Part shown: piece after piece, positions 30,328-39,824 of the stretch
Position numbering within the stretch: position 1 is the first letter of the stretch
Layout: the number at the start of each line of letters is the position of its first letter
Sequence record: SRR31156797_5854
Direction: 5' to 3' (one strand)
Length of the DNA stretch: 64,000 nt
The notes under the pieces: generated by a model
The model's input: the letters and a program-made list of their open reading frames with translations, nothing else
The model's database searches: none
What the model was told of the DNA's origin: nothing
Translations under genes and position numbers: made by a program

Positions 30328-30894
30328 TTATACTGATAAGATTTCTTTTTCTTTTTCTTTTGTCAGTTCATCAATAGTTTTGATATGCTTATCAGTCATA
30401 TCCTGCATCTTCTTTTCATCACTGCGCAAATCATCTTCAGTAATTTCATGATCTTTTTCCAGCTTTTCCAGATGCTTTTTCATATCATGGCGAATTCCTC
30501 GGACAGCAACCTTAGCCTCTTCGCCTAGCTTGTGGATAGTTTTAACCAAGCCTTTACGTCTTTCCTCAGTCAATTCAGGAATAATTAGTCTGATTACTTT
30601 TCCGTCATTTACTGGATTAATACCAATATCTGACGCTTGGATAGCTTTTTCTATTTCGCCGATTATTGAAGCATCCCATGGAGATATCATAAGTACTCTA
30701 GCCTCTGGTGCTGAAATATTTCCAACCTGAGCTATTGGTGTTGGTGTACCATAATAATCTACATTTATTCTATCTAACAGCCTTGGATTAGCTCTGCCAG
30801 CTCTCATTGACTGCAGTTCATGTCTGTAGTATTCTGCAGCTTTATTCATTCTATTTTCCCCATCCTTTAATAACTCAACATTTGTCATTGCCAT
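30328..30894 (-). CDS. frr: Ribosome recycling factor
   Basis: RAGRANP, VDYYG, INPVNDG, PELTEERR and KEKEIL; AGGAGG RBS. Confidence 0.97.
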   Translation of the reverse strand: MAMTNVELLKDGENRMNKAAEYYRHELQSMRAGRANPRLLDRINVDYYGTPTPIAQVGNISAPEARVLMISPWDASIIGEIEKAIQASDIGINPVNDGKVIRLIIPELTEERRKGLVKTIHKLGEEAKVAVRGIRHDMKKHLEKLEKDHEITEDDLRSDEKKMQDMTDKHIKTIDELTKEKEKEILSV

Positions 30895-31110
30895 GGTTAT
30901 TCCTCCTAGTTTACATTATAATATTATTGATATTTTAACCTAAATTAGCTAATAATACAACATAAATCATGAATACAAAAGTTATAGCCTTATCCAATTA
31001 TAGTGTAATTAATCTAAAATTGAGCAGATATGTTGTATTGTATTATATATTATTAATATGTTAAAATAAGATAGTATTTATTCATAATATTTGAAAGGGT
31101 GTATATAAAC

Positions 31111-33642
31111 TTGGCAAATAAAAGATCTACAACAAAAGGTAAATCTAGTTCCAGAAAGTCTGGTAAAAAGAGAATTACCAAATCAGCCAAAAAAAGAAAA
31201 GAGGAAGTTACAGGAGTAATTCTATGTTCAATTGGTATATTCCTCATTGTATGTATGCTCCAGTCTACTTCAACAGGAGTAGTAGGTCCTGCAATAAAGA
31301 ATGCTCTCTTGGGTGTTTTTGGTTCATTTGGATATATTTTAGCTATTGGTGTAATAGTTATAGGCGGGCTGTTGATATTGAAGAAAAAAGCAGGTATTGA
31401 TTTTTGGCAGGCAGTATTGTGGGCAATTTTAGTGCTTACTCTTATAATGCTTTATCATACATTCTTCTTCCGTGCAGTTCTTACATCTAAGGTTAAAGGT
31501 ATTGATTTCGCAGAATATCCAATAGATGAATTTATAAAAGACTCTTTTGCATATAGTGCAGGCAGTGGTTTGTCCTCAGGCGCATTTGGTGCAATTCTGA
31601 CATACTCTATTCTCAAAAATCTTGGTGTTTTCGGAAGCGTAATGATTCCCCTTACATATATAGTTTTATTCGGAATTATTAAAGGTAAGGTATCACTTCA
31701 TGTTGCAGGCAACAAAGCAAAAGAAAAAATAGAGACCCACTCTCGTCAGATACATCAAAACATGCAAAAAAATAAAGAACGCAGAATACAGGTTACCCAC
31801 CGACAGAAGCAAGGGAAGCTGTATGTGGAGAACTTAGCTAATGCAGGCTATGCAGAGCAAAACGAAGATGTCAATTTTGACTTCTTGTCAAAGGGTAATG
31901 AGCGTCTGGGTGAACGAACAGAATCCTATGATCAAAAACTAGAAGAAATGTGGAATATAGCCTTAGACGGCGAGTATGAGAATGGTGAAACTATTGATGT
32001 CCAGTTACCAGAAAATCTTCAATTCCTTAACAAAAATACTGAGGAACAAACAAATACTGATACTCTTAAAGAGCAGGAATCAAATGAAGAAGACAAGCCT
32101 ACAATTCATTTCTTAGCAGAAGATGAAGTTGATACAGATGAACCTGTAAATACTAAGGAAAAGGAAGAATTATCTACTGGTATAGTATATAATTTTCCTA
32201 ATCTTGATTTACTTAAGCCCAGCAGAAAATATGTTGATACTTCAATGCAGGACGAATGCCATGCAAATGCAATAATTCTGGAGCAGACTTTAAAGAGCTT
32301 TAAGGTAGATGCAAAGGTTGTAAATATTACCTGCGGTCCTACTGTTACCAGATATGAGCTGCGTCCTGCTCCTGGTGTACGTGTATCAAAGATTGATAAT
32401 TTACACAAAGACTTAGCTATGGCATTAGCTGCAAGAAGCATTAGAATTGAAGCTCCAATTCCTAATAAGTCAGCTGTTGGTATTGAAATCCCTAACAGAA
32501 AGCGTGCTATTGTTCGGCTTCGTGATATCTTGGACGGGCAAAAGTTCATAACAGCAGAGTCTCCTATCACCGTCTGTATCGGTAAAGATATCACTGGCAG
32601 AAATATTATTGCAGACCTGTCAAAAATGCCTCACATGCTGGTTGCAGGTGCTACAGGCAGTGGTAAATCAGTATTTATTAATTCACTAATAATATCCATG
32701 CTATACAAGTCCTCACCAGATGATGTACGTATGATAATGATTGACCCGAAGAAAGTAGAATTAAATGTCTATAACGGTATTCCTCATCTATTGATACCAG
32801 TTGTTACAAAGCCATCTTTAGCGGCATCTGCACTAAACTGGGCTGTAAAAGAAATGCTTAGAAGATATGAAGTCTTTTCCGAAAGTCTAGTACGTAATCT
32901 AGATGGGTATAATAAATTAGCAGCTGATAAAGACAATGATTTAGAGAAAATGCCTCGTATTGTAATAATAGTTGATGAATTAGCCGACTTAATGCAGGTA
33001 GCAAGTGCAGAGGTTGAGGAAGCTATCTTCCGTCTTGCTCAATTGGCTCGTGCAGCAGGTATGCACTTGGTTATTGCTACCCAACGACCTGATGTTAAAG
33101 TTATTACTGGTACAATAAAAGCAAATATACCATGTAGAGTTGCTTTTTCCGTTAACCAATTTGTCGACTCAAAGACTATCCTGGACGGAGGCGGTGCTGA
33201 GCATCTATTGGGAAATGGTGACATGCTATATAAAACCACCGGTAAACCTATCCGTTTACAGGGTGCATTTGTAGATGATAAAGAAGTAGAGAACATCTGT
33301 AAATCTATCATTGTGGAAGATATTGAATACGATGAAGAGGTCATAAACGATGTAAAATCAATTGAGAAACAAAAAGCTTCAGATGGCGGTAAGAATGGGA
33401 ATCCCTTAGGCGATGAATTTGATAATCTTCTATCTGATGCTGTAAAAGTTATATATGATAATGAAAAGGCATCAACATCAATGATTCAGCGAAAACTAAG
33501 GGTTGGATATAACAGAGCTGGAAGAATAATGGATGATCTTGAGAGACTGGGCATAGTCGGTCCTTCTGAGGGTTCAAAACCTCGTGAAATCTTAGTGACA
33601 CTTGGCACTGCTAATGATATAATAGCCGGAGCAAGAGAATAA
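31111..33642 (+). CDS. ftsK: DNA translocase FtsK/SpoIIIE
   Basis: N-terminal TMs, GPTVTRYE, RIEAPIP, HMLVAGATGSGKS, IDPK, VDELADL, ATQRP and gamma domain (STSMIQRKLRVGYNRAGR). TTG at 31111 follows AAAGGGTG. Confidence 0.95.
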   Translation: MANKRSTTKGKSSSRKSGKKRITKSAKKRKEEVTGVILCSIGIFLIVCMLQSTSTGVVGPAIKNALLGVFGSFGYILAIGVIVIGGLLILKKKAGIDFWQAVLWAILVLTLIMLYHTFFFRAVLTSKVKGIDFAEYPIDEFIKDSFAYSAGSGLSSGAFGAILTYSILKNLGVFGSVMIPLTYIVLFGIIKGKVSLHVAGNKAKEKIETHSRQIHQNMQKNKERRIQVTHRQKQGKLYVENLANAGYAEQNEDVNFDFLSKGNERLGERTESYDQKLEEMWNIALDGEYENGETIDVQLPENLQFLNKNTEEQTNTDTLKEQESNEEDKPTIHFLAEDEVDTDEPVNTKEKEELSTGIVYNFPNLDLLKPSRKYVDTSMQDECHANAIILEQTLKSFKVDAKVVNITCGPTVTRYELRPAPGVRVSKIDNLHKDLAMALAARSIRIEAPIPNKSAVGIEIPNRKRAIVRLRDILDGQKFITAESPITVCIGKDITGRNIIADLSKMPHMLVAGATGSGKSVFINSLIISMLYKSSPDDVRMIMIDPKKVELNVYNGIPHLLIPVVTKPSLAASALNWAVKEMLRRYEVFSESLVRNLDGYNKLAADKDNDLEKMPRIVIIVDELADLMQVASAEVEEAIFRLAQLARAAGMHLVIATQRPDVKVITGTIKANIPCRVAFSVNQFVDSKTILDGGGAEHLLGNGDMLYKTTGKPIRLQGAFVDDKEVENICKSIIVEDIEYDEEVINDVKSIEKQKASDGGKNGNPLGDEFDNLLSDAVKVIYDNEKASTSMIQRKLRVGYNRAGRIMDDLERLGIVGPSEGSKPREILVTLGTANDIIAGARE

Positions 33643-33652
33643 AGGAATACTA

Positions 33653-34996
33653 ATGAATGATATAAATATTGGGCTGGTATCTTTAGGCTGTCCAAAAAAT
33701 GAAGTAGATGCAGAGAATATGTTATATTCATTAAAAGATGCTGGATATAATATTGATTCCGACCCAACAAAATGTGAAGCAATAATTATTAACACCTGTG
33801 GATTTATTGAAAGCGCAAAACAGGAAGCAATTGACTCAATTTTTGAAATAAATGATTTGAGAAGTGAAGGCATACTAAAGAAGATAATCGTGACAGGCTG
33901 TTTTTCCCAGCGTTATTCAGAGGAAATATATAATGAAATGCCAGAGGTGGATGCCGTATTAGGAGTTAGTCAATACAACAATATGGCTGAATATATAGAA
34001 CAAGTCTTCCAAGGTGAAAGAGTTATTGAAGTTACCATGGATGATACCTACTGCAGCGGTGGCAATAGGCTGCTTACTACTCCTAAGTACCGTGTGTATT
34101 TAAAGATTGCAGAAGGCTGCTCAAATAATTGTACATACTGTGCAATCCCATCAATTAGGGGGAAAATGAGAAGCAGAAGCCTAGAAAGCATAATTACTGA
34201 AACTGGTCAATTGATAAAAAACGGAGCAAATGAAATTACTCTGATTGCGCAGGACACTACAAGGTACGGTCTGGATATTGGTACATCTCTGGCAGAGCTA
34301 CTGGAATTGCTAGCTCATATGGATCATCATGTCTGGTTCAGAGTACTGTATATGTATCCAGAAATGATTGATGAAGAGCTAATAAAAGTTTTTAAAAACC
34401 ATGATAATATCTGCAACTACATGGATATACCTCTCCAGCATGTAAGTACTAATATACTAAATGCAATGAATAGAAAATCTAATTATGATTCAATTGTTAA
34501 AATGTACAATATGATTAAATCAGAAATCCCTGATATGACTCTACGGACTACATATATAACTGGCTTTCCCGGTGAAACGGATGAGGATTTTGATATTTTA
34601 TTGAATTTCGTAAAAAAGTATCAATTCAACCATGTAGGTGTCTTTGCATACTCTCGTGAGGAAGGTACTCCTGCGTACAATATGAAAAACCAGATTGATG
34701 CAGATATTGCAAAAAAAAGACGAGACATACTGCTAGAAGTACAGAGAGATATTTCTCACGATTTGATGCAAAATCATATTGGAAGAACTTATAGCGTACT
34801 TATTGAAGATAATGAAGATGAATGCTTCTATGGCAGAAGTCAGCATTTTGCTTATGGAATAGACGGTGAGGTGCAGATTTTGCCATTAGATGGTGAAAGC
34901 ATACAATTAGGACAAGTAGTAAAGGCAACGATAACAAAGGCAACATCATACGATTTGCAGGGTGAATTATTATCACAGGAAGACAAAGAAAATTAA
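33653..34996 (+). CDS. rimO: Ribosomal protein S12 methylthiotransferase
   Basis: SLGCPKNEVD, INTCGFIESAKQE, KIAEGCSNNCTYCAIP, GFPGET and a C-terminal TRAM domain. Confidence 0.95.
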   Translation: MNDINIGLVSLGCPKNEVDAENMLYSLKDAGYNIDSDPTKCEAIIINTCGFIESAKQEAIDSIFEINDLRSEGILKKIIVTGCFSQRYSEEIYNEMPEVDAVLGVSQYNNMAEYIEQVFQGERVIEVTMDDTYCSGGNRLLTTPKYRVYLKIAEGCSNNCTYCAIPSIRGKMRSRSLESIITETGQLIKNGANEITLIAQDTTRYGLDIGTSLAELLELLAHMDHHVWFRVLYMYPEMIDEELIKVFKNHDNICNYMDIPLQHVSTNILNAMNRKSNYDSIVKMYNMIKSEIPDMTLRTTYITGFPGETDEDFDILLNFVKKYQFNHVGVFAYSREEGTPAYNMKNQIDADIAKKRRDILLEVQRDISHDLMQNHIGRTYSVLIEDNEDECFYGRSQHFAYGIDGEVQILPLDGESIQLGQVVKATITKATSYDLQGELLSQEDKEN

Positions 34997-35547
34997 TGAA
35001 ATTAACAACACCAAATAAACTAACAATACTAAGAATAATCATGATACCATTTTTTGTTTACTTCATGTATCAATCATGGGATATAAGCAAAGTAATAGCA
35101 GCAATAATATTTATTTTAGCTGCTCTTACTGATTTTCTTGACGGTTATATTGCAAGGAAAACAAATCAGGTTTCAGATTTTGGCAAAATATTTGATCCCA
35201 TAGCAGACAAGGCATTGGTTTTATCTGCATTAATACCACTAGCACAGCAGGGAAAAATAGCTGGCTGGCTGGTAATAGTTCTATTGACCCGAGAATTTGT
35301 AGTAGGTGGTTTCCGCAACTTCATTGCTTCCAAAGGCGGCACAGTAATAGCTGCAAGTTACATCGGAAAGTCTAAAACTGTAATTCAAATAATTATGATT
35401 GTTGTATTGATACTATCAGACAGCGTTTTGTCATTTATTCCAAATATAATAATAATTGTTATTACATATCTTGCAGTTATACTGTCATTATGGTCAATGG
35501 CAGACTATATACTGGCCGGAATAAAATATTTCAAAGAGGATGAGTAG
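34996..35547 (+). CDS. pgsA: CDP-diacylglycerol--glycerol-3-phosphate 3-phosphatidyltransferase
   Basis: PNKLTILR and TDFLDGYIARK...FGKIFDPIADK. Confidence 0.95.
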   Translation: MKLTTPNKLTILRIIMIPFFVYFMYQSWDISKVIAAIIFILAALTDFLDGYIARKTNQVSDFGKIFDPIADKALVLSALIPLAQQGKIAGWLVIVLLTREFVVGGFRNFIASKGGTVIAASYIGKSKTVIQIIMIVVLILSDSVLSFIPNIIIIVITYLAVILSLWSMADYILAGIKYFKEDE

Positions 35548-36774
35548 ATGAAAGCAGAAATAATTGCAGTAGGTACAGAACTGTTAATGGGACAAATAGC
35601 AAATACAAATGCTATGTTTATATCTCGTCAATTATCAAATATGGGCATTGTAGTCTACTATCATCATGTAATCGGCGACAATGCAAAAAGGTTAAAAGAA
35701 CTCCTTAATACAGTTCTTAAAAGAGCAGACATTGTAATTACAACCGGTGGTTTAGGTCCTACAATGGATGACTTAACAAAGGAAACAATATCCGAAGCAA
35801 TGGGTCTAAAGATGATATTGAATGAGGATGTCAAGGAAACCATTGCAGCCTTTTTTGCTAAGTTGAATATCCAAATGTCAGATAACAATCTTCGTCAAGC
35901 ATATTTCCCTGAAGATAGCATAATATTGGATAATCCAAATGGAACAGCTCCGGGATGTTTAGTAAAGAAAAATGGCAAGTCTGTTTTTATGCTTCCAGGT
36001 CCGCCTAGGGAAATGCGACCAATGTTCAGTAATTTTGTTGAGCCAGAATTAATAAAGCTAACAGGTCAGGTATTAGTATCATCACATATCAAGGTTCATA
36101 GCATTGGCGAATCTAATCTAGAAGCCGAGCTGCTGCATCTGATAAAAAATCAAACCAATCCTACTATTGCAACATATGCTACAAATGTCGAGTTACTGCT
36201 TCGTGTTACAGCCAATGCCAAAACAAGTGTTGAGGCAAAATCAATACTAGCACCAGTTGTCAAGGAGATATCAACTATACTGGGAGATAAGATATATTCA
36301 TACACAAATCAGTCATTAGCAGAGGTCGTTGTCGAAAAACTTGCTTCACAAGGCAAGACAATAACTTTTGCTGAAAGCTGCACTGGCGGTATGCTATCTA
36401 GCATGATAGTAGATGTATCTGGTGCTTCACAAGTATTGAACGAATCATATATAACATATTCAAACTTAGCAAAAGTCAATTCACTTGGCGTAAATGAAAA
36501 GACTATTGAGACTTATTCAGTATATTCTCCGCAAGCAGCAGAAGAAATGGCAAAAGGAGCATACGAAAAGTCTCACTCTGATATAGTAATATCATTAACT
36601 GGAATTGCAGAAAAGACTCAAGAATATGATAGCATCTGCTACATCAGCATCTATGATGGAAAAAATATTAAAACCATTACTGTAGATGGACGCCGAGACA
36701 GACAATACAGCCGCAGAATATTCTGCAAGCGTGCTCTGATTCTTTTACTTAAATTCATTGACAGCAGTAATTAA
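35548..36774 (+). CDS. cinA: Competence/damage-inducible protein A (MocF-like + PncC NMN deamidase)
   Basis: VGTELLMGQIANTN, TGGLGPTMDD, LPGPPREM, AESCTGG and YSNLAK. Confidence 0.93.
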   Translation: MKAEIIAVGTELLMGQIANTNAMFISRQLSNMGIVVYYHHVIGDNAKRLKELLNTVLKRADIVITTGGLGPTMDDLTKETISEAMGLKMILNEDVKETIAAFFAKLNIQMSDNNLRQAYFPEDSIILDNPNGTAPGCLVKKNGKSVFMLPGPPREMRPMFSNFVEPELIKLTGQVLVSSHIKVHSIGESNLEAELLHLIKNQTNPTIATYATNVELLLRVTANAKTSVEAKSILAPVVKEISTILGDKIYSYTNQSLAEVVVEKLASQGKTITFAESCTGGMLSSMIVDVSGASQVLNESYITYSNLAKVNSLGVNEKTIETYSVYSPQAAEEMAKGAYEKSHSDIVISLTGIAEKTQEYDSICYISIYDGKNIKTITVDGRRDRQYSRRIFCKRALILLLKFIDSSN

Positions 36775-37028
36775 TCCTGTCTTTGATTTTTATATTTATC
36801 GCTGGTAGCCTTGCCTCCTCGTATATGTCTTTCAGCCATATTAATGTCCAGTACCTTCCTGACTCTTTGGTAAAGATTATTGTTAATATGCATTAGTCTT
36901 TCTGTTACGTCCTTGTGTACAGTTGATTTCGATACACCAAATTCCTTTGCACAGAAGCGTACAGTCGCACCTGTATCTATCATATATCTGCCAATAGCAA
37001 GAGCTCTTTCCTCAATATATTCCTTCAT
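36771..37028 (-). CDS. spoIIID: Stage III sporulation transcription factor D
   Basis: MKEYIEER, TVR..AKEFGVSKSTVHKDVTERL and ERHIRGGKAT. Confidence 0.97.
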   Translation of the reverse strand: MKEYIEERALAIGRYMIDTGATVRFCAKEFGVSKSTVHKDVTERLMHINNNLYQRVRKVLDINMAERHIRGGKATSDKYKNQRQD

Positions 37029-37066
37029 ATATTACCCCCTGTGATTAGGCGAATGCCCTATGATAA

Positions 37067-37095
37067 AATCTATGATAGATTTGTGGGATATATGA
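37067..37095 (-). promoter_or_regulatory. Sigma-E-type promoter of spoIIID
   Basis: TCATATA-14 nt-CATAGATT matches the mother-cell sigma-E consensus; spoIIID is a known sigma-E target. Confidence 0.75.
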
Positions 37096-37377
37096 TTGTG
37101 AGGTGATATTTTACTTGAATTAGATTACTTAAAGATTAAGTTGAATAATATGACTAATAAAAGCCTGAATACATTGGATGAATTTGTTGAAATATTTAAT
37201 GGAATGTTGCAAACTCTTCATCCCCTATTATGAGATTAGACTAATACTTAGAATGCCTGCAAGATATTTATCATCAAATCCCTAATCATTTAATATGCTT
37301 TTTAAGTGTGTTATCTTACCGTATATCAATCATCTTGTATTAACATTTCAAACAAGAGTTTTCTTATTAACCGTAAA

Positions 37378-38580
37378 CTATTTTTTTAACACTGTTTTGA
37401 TAAATCTCTTAACAGGTCTATAAATTCCTAATTTTTCACAGCTTATACGTACAAAGTGTTCTGTTCTCACTTTTAACGTTCTAGGAAACCATTTATCAAA
37501 AAATTCTTTAGAATCCATTTTCACATTAGCTGCATCCAAAAAGAATTCTTTACGCTTTGGATTTAATGATACAGATTTTACAAGTTCTCTAACATTTAGA
37601 ACTGCTATATCAGGATCAATTTCTTTTACCATACATAGTGAATAAATCTTATGTATCATATGGTCTCCCTTTTGAGTATGAACAAGTGCTCTAGTAACGC
37701 CTCGATTATCGGCAAAAGAATTATCTATTCTATATACATCAAAACAATCCCATATCGTTATGTCAGAAACTCTATAGCGTTTTTTAAAAGCACAATCGTA
37801 ACAGCTTGGCCTATCACTTAAATCAGAAAAAAAGCCTCTCAAATATGGGTCTGTTTCAACTCCAAAGAAATGTATATTACCAGACTCTAGCTTTATTTCC
37901 ATCTGTGAATACTGATAGCCATACATTTCTTTACTTCTAAATAATATATTGTCAATTTTACCATTATAGTTTTCTGCTCTTAAACGCTTATATTTCTCCC
38001 AAATCAATGGTGACGGAACAGCATGACAAACTACATCGACTGTCATCAGGTTTTCATAACCTTTCATTAAGTAGCTCTTTAGCCCTTCAATTTGACAGGG
38101 AGTACCGCTGTATAAAACAGTCTTTCCAGAATCCAGTAATTTTTTTGCTTCACAAAACGTATCGCCAATGCGACTTTGAACATATTTACTATTTCTAAAG
38201 TTTTGTAAATCTAGATAATTCTCAGCTTTTCTATGATAAACAGTAAGGTTTTCATCATATGCAGCTCCATATACTATGCCACCCATAGAAATCACTACTT
38301 GAGCTAATGCAGTAAATGCACCTCCAGAAGTACTCTCTTTCAGGATTTTTGTATCGTTATTCTGTACTAAATACGCTTTCTGCTTGAATGGAACTTCTTC
38401 AACAGCTTGAATAATCGGACATGCCTTATCACATAAATCACAGTGTATACACTTAGTTTCATCAATATTTGGATATAAAAATCCTTCCATATCAGCTTTC
38501 ATTTCAATGCAGTTCTTCGGGCAGACACTTGCACAAGCAGTACATCCACAGCATTTTGATTTTTCTGTTATATCAATCAC
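37378..38580 (-). CDS. FrhB/FdhB-like (F420 hydrogenase beta family) Fe-S oxidoreductase with N-terminal 2x[4Fe-4S] ferredoxin domain
   Basis: CCGCTACASVCP, CIHCDLCDKACP, STSGGAF, SKYVQS, GTPCQI, DVVCHAVPS, RPSCYDCAF and SDITIWD. Confidence 0.88.
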   Translation of the reverse strand: MIDITEKSKCCGCTACASVCPKNCIEMKADMEGFLYPNIDETKCIHCDLCDKACPIIQAVEEVPFKQKAYLVQNNDTKILKESTSGGAFTALAQVVISMGGIVYGAAYDENLTVYHRKAENYLDLQNFRNSKYVQSRIGDTFCEAKKLLDSGKTVLYSGTPCQIEGLKSYLMKGYENLMTVDVVCHAVPSPLIWEKYKRLRAENYNGKIDNILFRSKEMYGYQYSQMEIKLESGNIHFFGVETDPYLRGFFSDLSDRPSCYDCAFKKRYRVSDITIWDCFDVYRIDNSFADNRGVTRALVHTQKGDHMIHKIYSLCMVKEIDPDIAVLNVRELVKSVSLNPKRKEFFLDAANVKMDSKEFFDKWFPRTLKVRTEHFVRISCEKLGIYRPVKRFIKTVLKK

Positions 38581-38583
38581 GAT

Positions 38584-39765
38584 TTACATCCTTTCGTTTT
38601 TCAAAGCTGTAGTTAAATAATCATAAGAATCCTGACGTATCAGTTGTATTTTTTTGTGTGCTTCTTCAAAATTAATTGATAGCTCCAGAAAGTCTTTTAT
38701 ATTCTCATCACCATCCATTATTCGATTAGTGATTCCAGTCATATTAAACAATGTATCCAGTCTGCTGTTTGTTGATTGCTTTGTAGCATTGCTATATCTT
38801 CTGAATGTAAAAAATTTCTTCTTATATATTATAGAGAATATAGAGCAATGGAATGAATCAGTGCATATATAACTTGAATTTCTAACTAGGTTTAAAAAAT
38901 CTGCTGGGTCAACATCATAAAGCATAAAATCTGCATAGTTTTCGTCAGACTTGATGAATTCATCTAAGTGAGCCAAAGCTACTATTTTGCATCCTGTCTC
39001 CTCTTTCAGCCTAATTGCAAATTCTCTATGGGGAGGATTATTACCTAAGAAATAGCAAAGGATATACGCCCCCTTTATGATAGGCTTCTTCGGCTGAATA
39101 TCCAGCCATTCATCACCTGTAAATAGCAGTGTAGGGTCACATACTACAGGTACTTCACGCTCTATTAAATCATATATTAATTTCTGACCGGATTGTTCAC
39201 GTATGCCAATATGCTTAATCTTCTTCAAGAATACCTTCGCCTTCTTAGCAGAGTCTTTTGGCAGAGAAGCCATACCAAAGCTGGTTGCATAAGCTATAGT
39301 ATTAACGCTTTCAGGTACAAAGTTCAGAGTGTAATAATCTGCAGCAATATTAGCAGGCAGCCACAGCTGGTCGCTGCCTAGCAAAATAGCAGAATAGTTT
39401 TGTTTGCATTTTTCTGCAAGTGCTTTTTTTGAGTTATATACCTCTGACAATCTGAAATACTTGCTGCTAAACGTATCAAATTTTTCATCTCTGACCTTTA
39501 TTAATGTAGTGTAATCATTGTTCATTAACTTCTTCATAACTACTTTTTTAGCCATTCCGATTTTCTGCAGCAATATATCACTAGTTAATGAAGCCTTTGC
39601 AAAGTATTTTATTTTGCTCTTTTTAATCTCATCATTAAACCCAGATATATTAATGGTTTCGTTCTCTAGCCCTAGTTTATCCAGAACCTTTTGTGTTGCA
39701 TATGCCTGTAGTAAACTTCCATAATTATGCTTGAAGTAGCAAGATACAATACCTATTTTCTTCAT
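38584..39765 (-). CDS. Polysaccharide pyruvyl transferase family protein
   Basis: HNYGSLLQAYA, GSDQLW, YATSFG, IGIRE, CDPTLL and TDSFH. Start placed at MKKIGI after AAGGA. Confidence 0.9.
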   Translation of the reverse strand: MKKIGIVSCYFKHNYGSLLQAYATQKVLDKLGLENETINISGFNDEIKKSKIKYFAKASLTSDILLQKIGMAKKVVMKKLMNNDYTTLIKVRDEKFDTFSSKYFRLSEVYNSKKALAEKCKQNYSAILLGSDQLWLPANIAADYYTLNFVPESVNTIAYATSFGMASLPKDSAKKAKVFLKKIKHIGIREQSGQKLIYDLIEREVPVVCDPTLLFTGDEWLDIQPKKPIIKGAYILCYFLGNNPPHREFAIRLKEETGCKIVALAHLDEFIKSDENYADFMLYDVDPADFLNLVRNSSYICTDSFHCSIFSIIYKKKFFTFRRYSNATKQSTNSRLDTLFNMTGITNRIMDGDENIKDFLELSINFEEAHKKIQLIRQDSYDYLTTALKNERM

Positions 39766-39824
39766 TATTTCATCCTTTTCATTATTTTTAGTCCAAAAGA
39801 TTAAACGTTTCATATCTTCCGACT

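Noticed and set aside
37150-37233. 27-codon plus-strand ORF (MTNKSLNTLDEFVEIFNGMLQTLHPLL) in the spoIIID-polysaccharide spacer
   Set aside because: No RBS or recognisable motif; could be a gene remnant but cannot be supported.
37378-38580. True F420-dependent hydrogenase implying methanogen-like metabolism
   Set aside because: No hydrogenase subunits or F420 biosynthesis genes are present; the context is purely polysaccharide biosynthesis.
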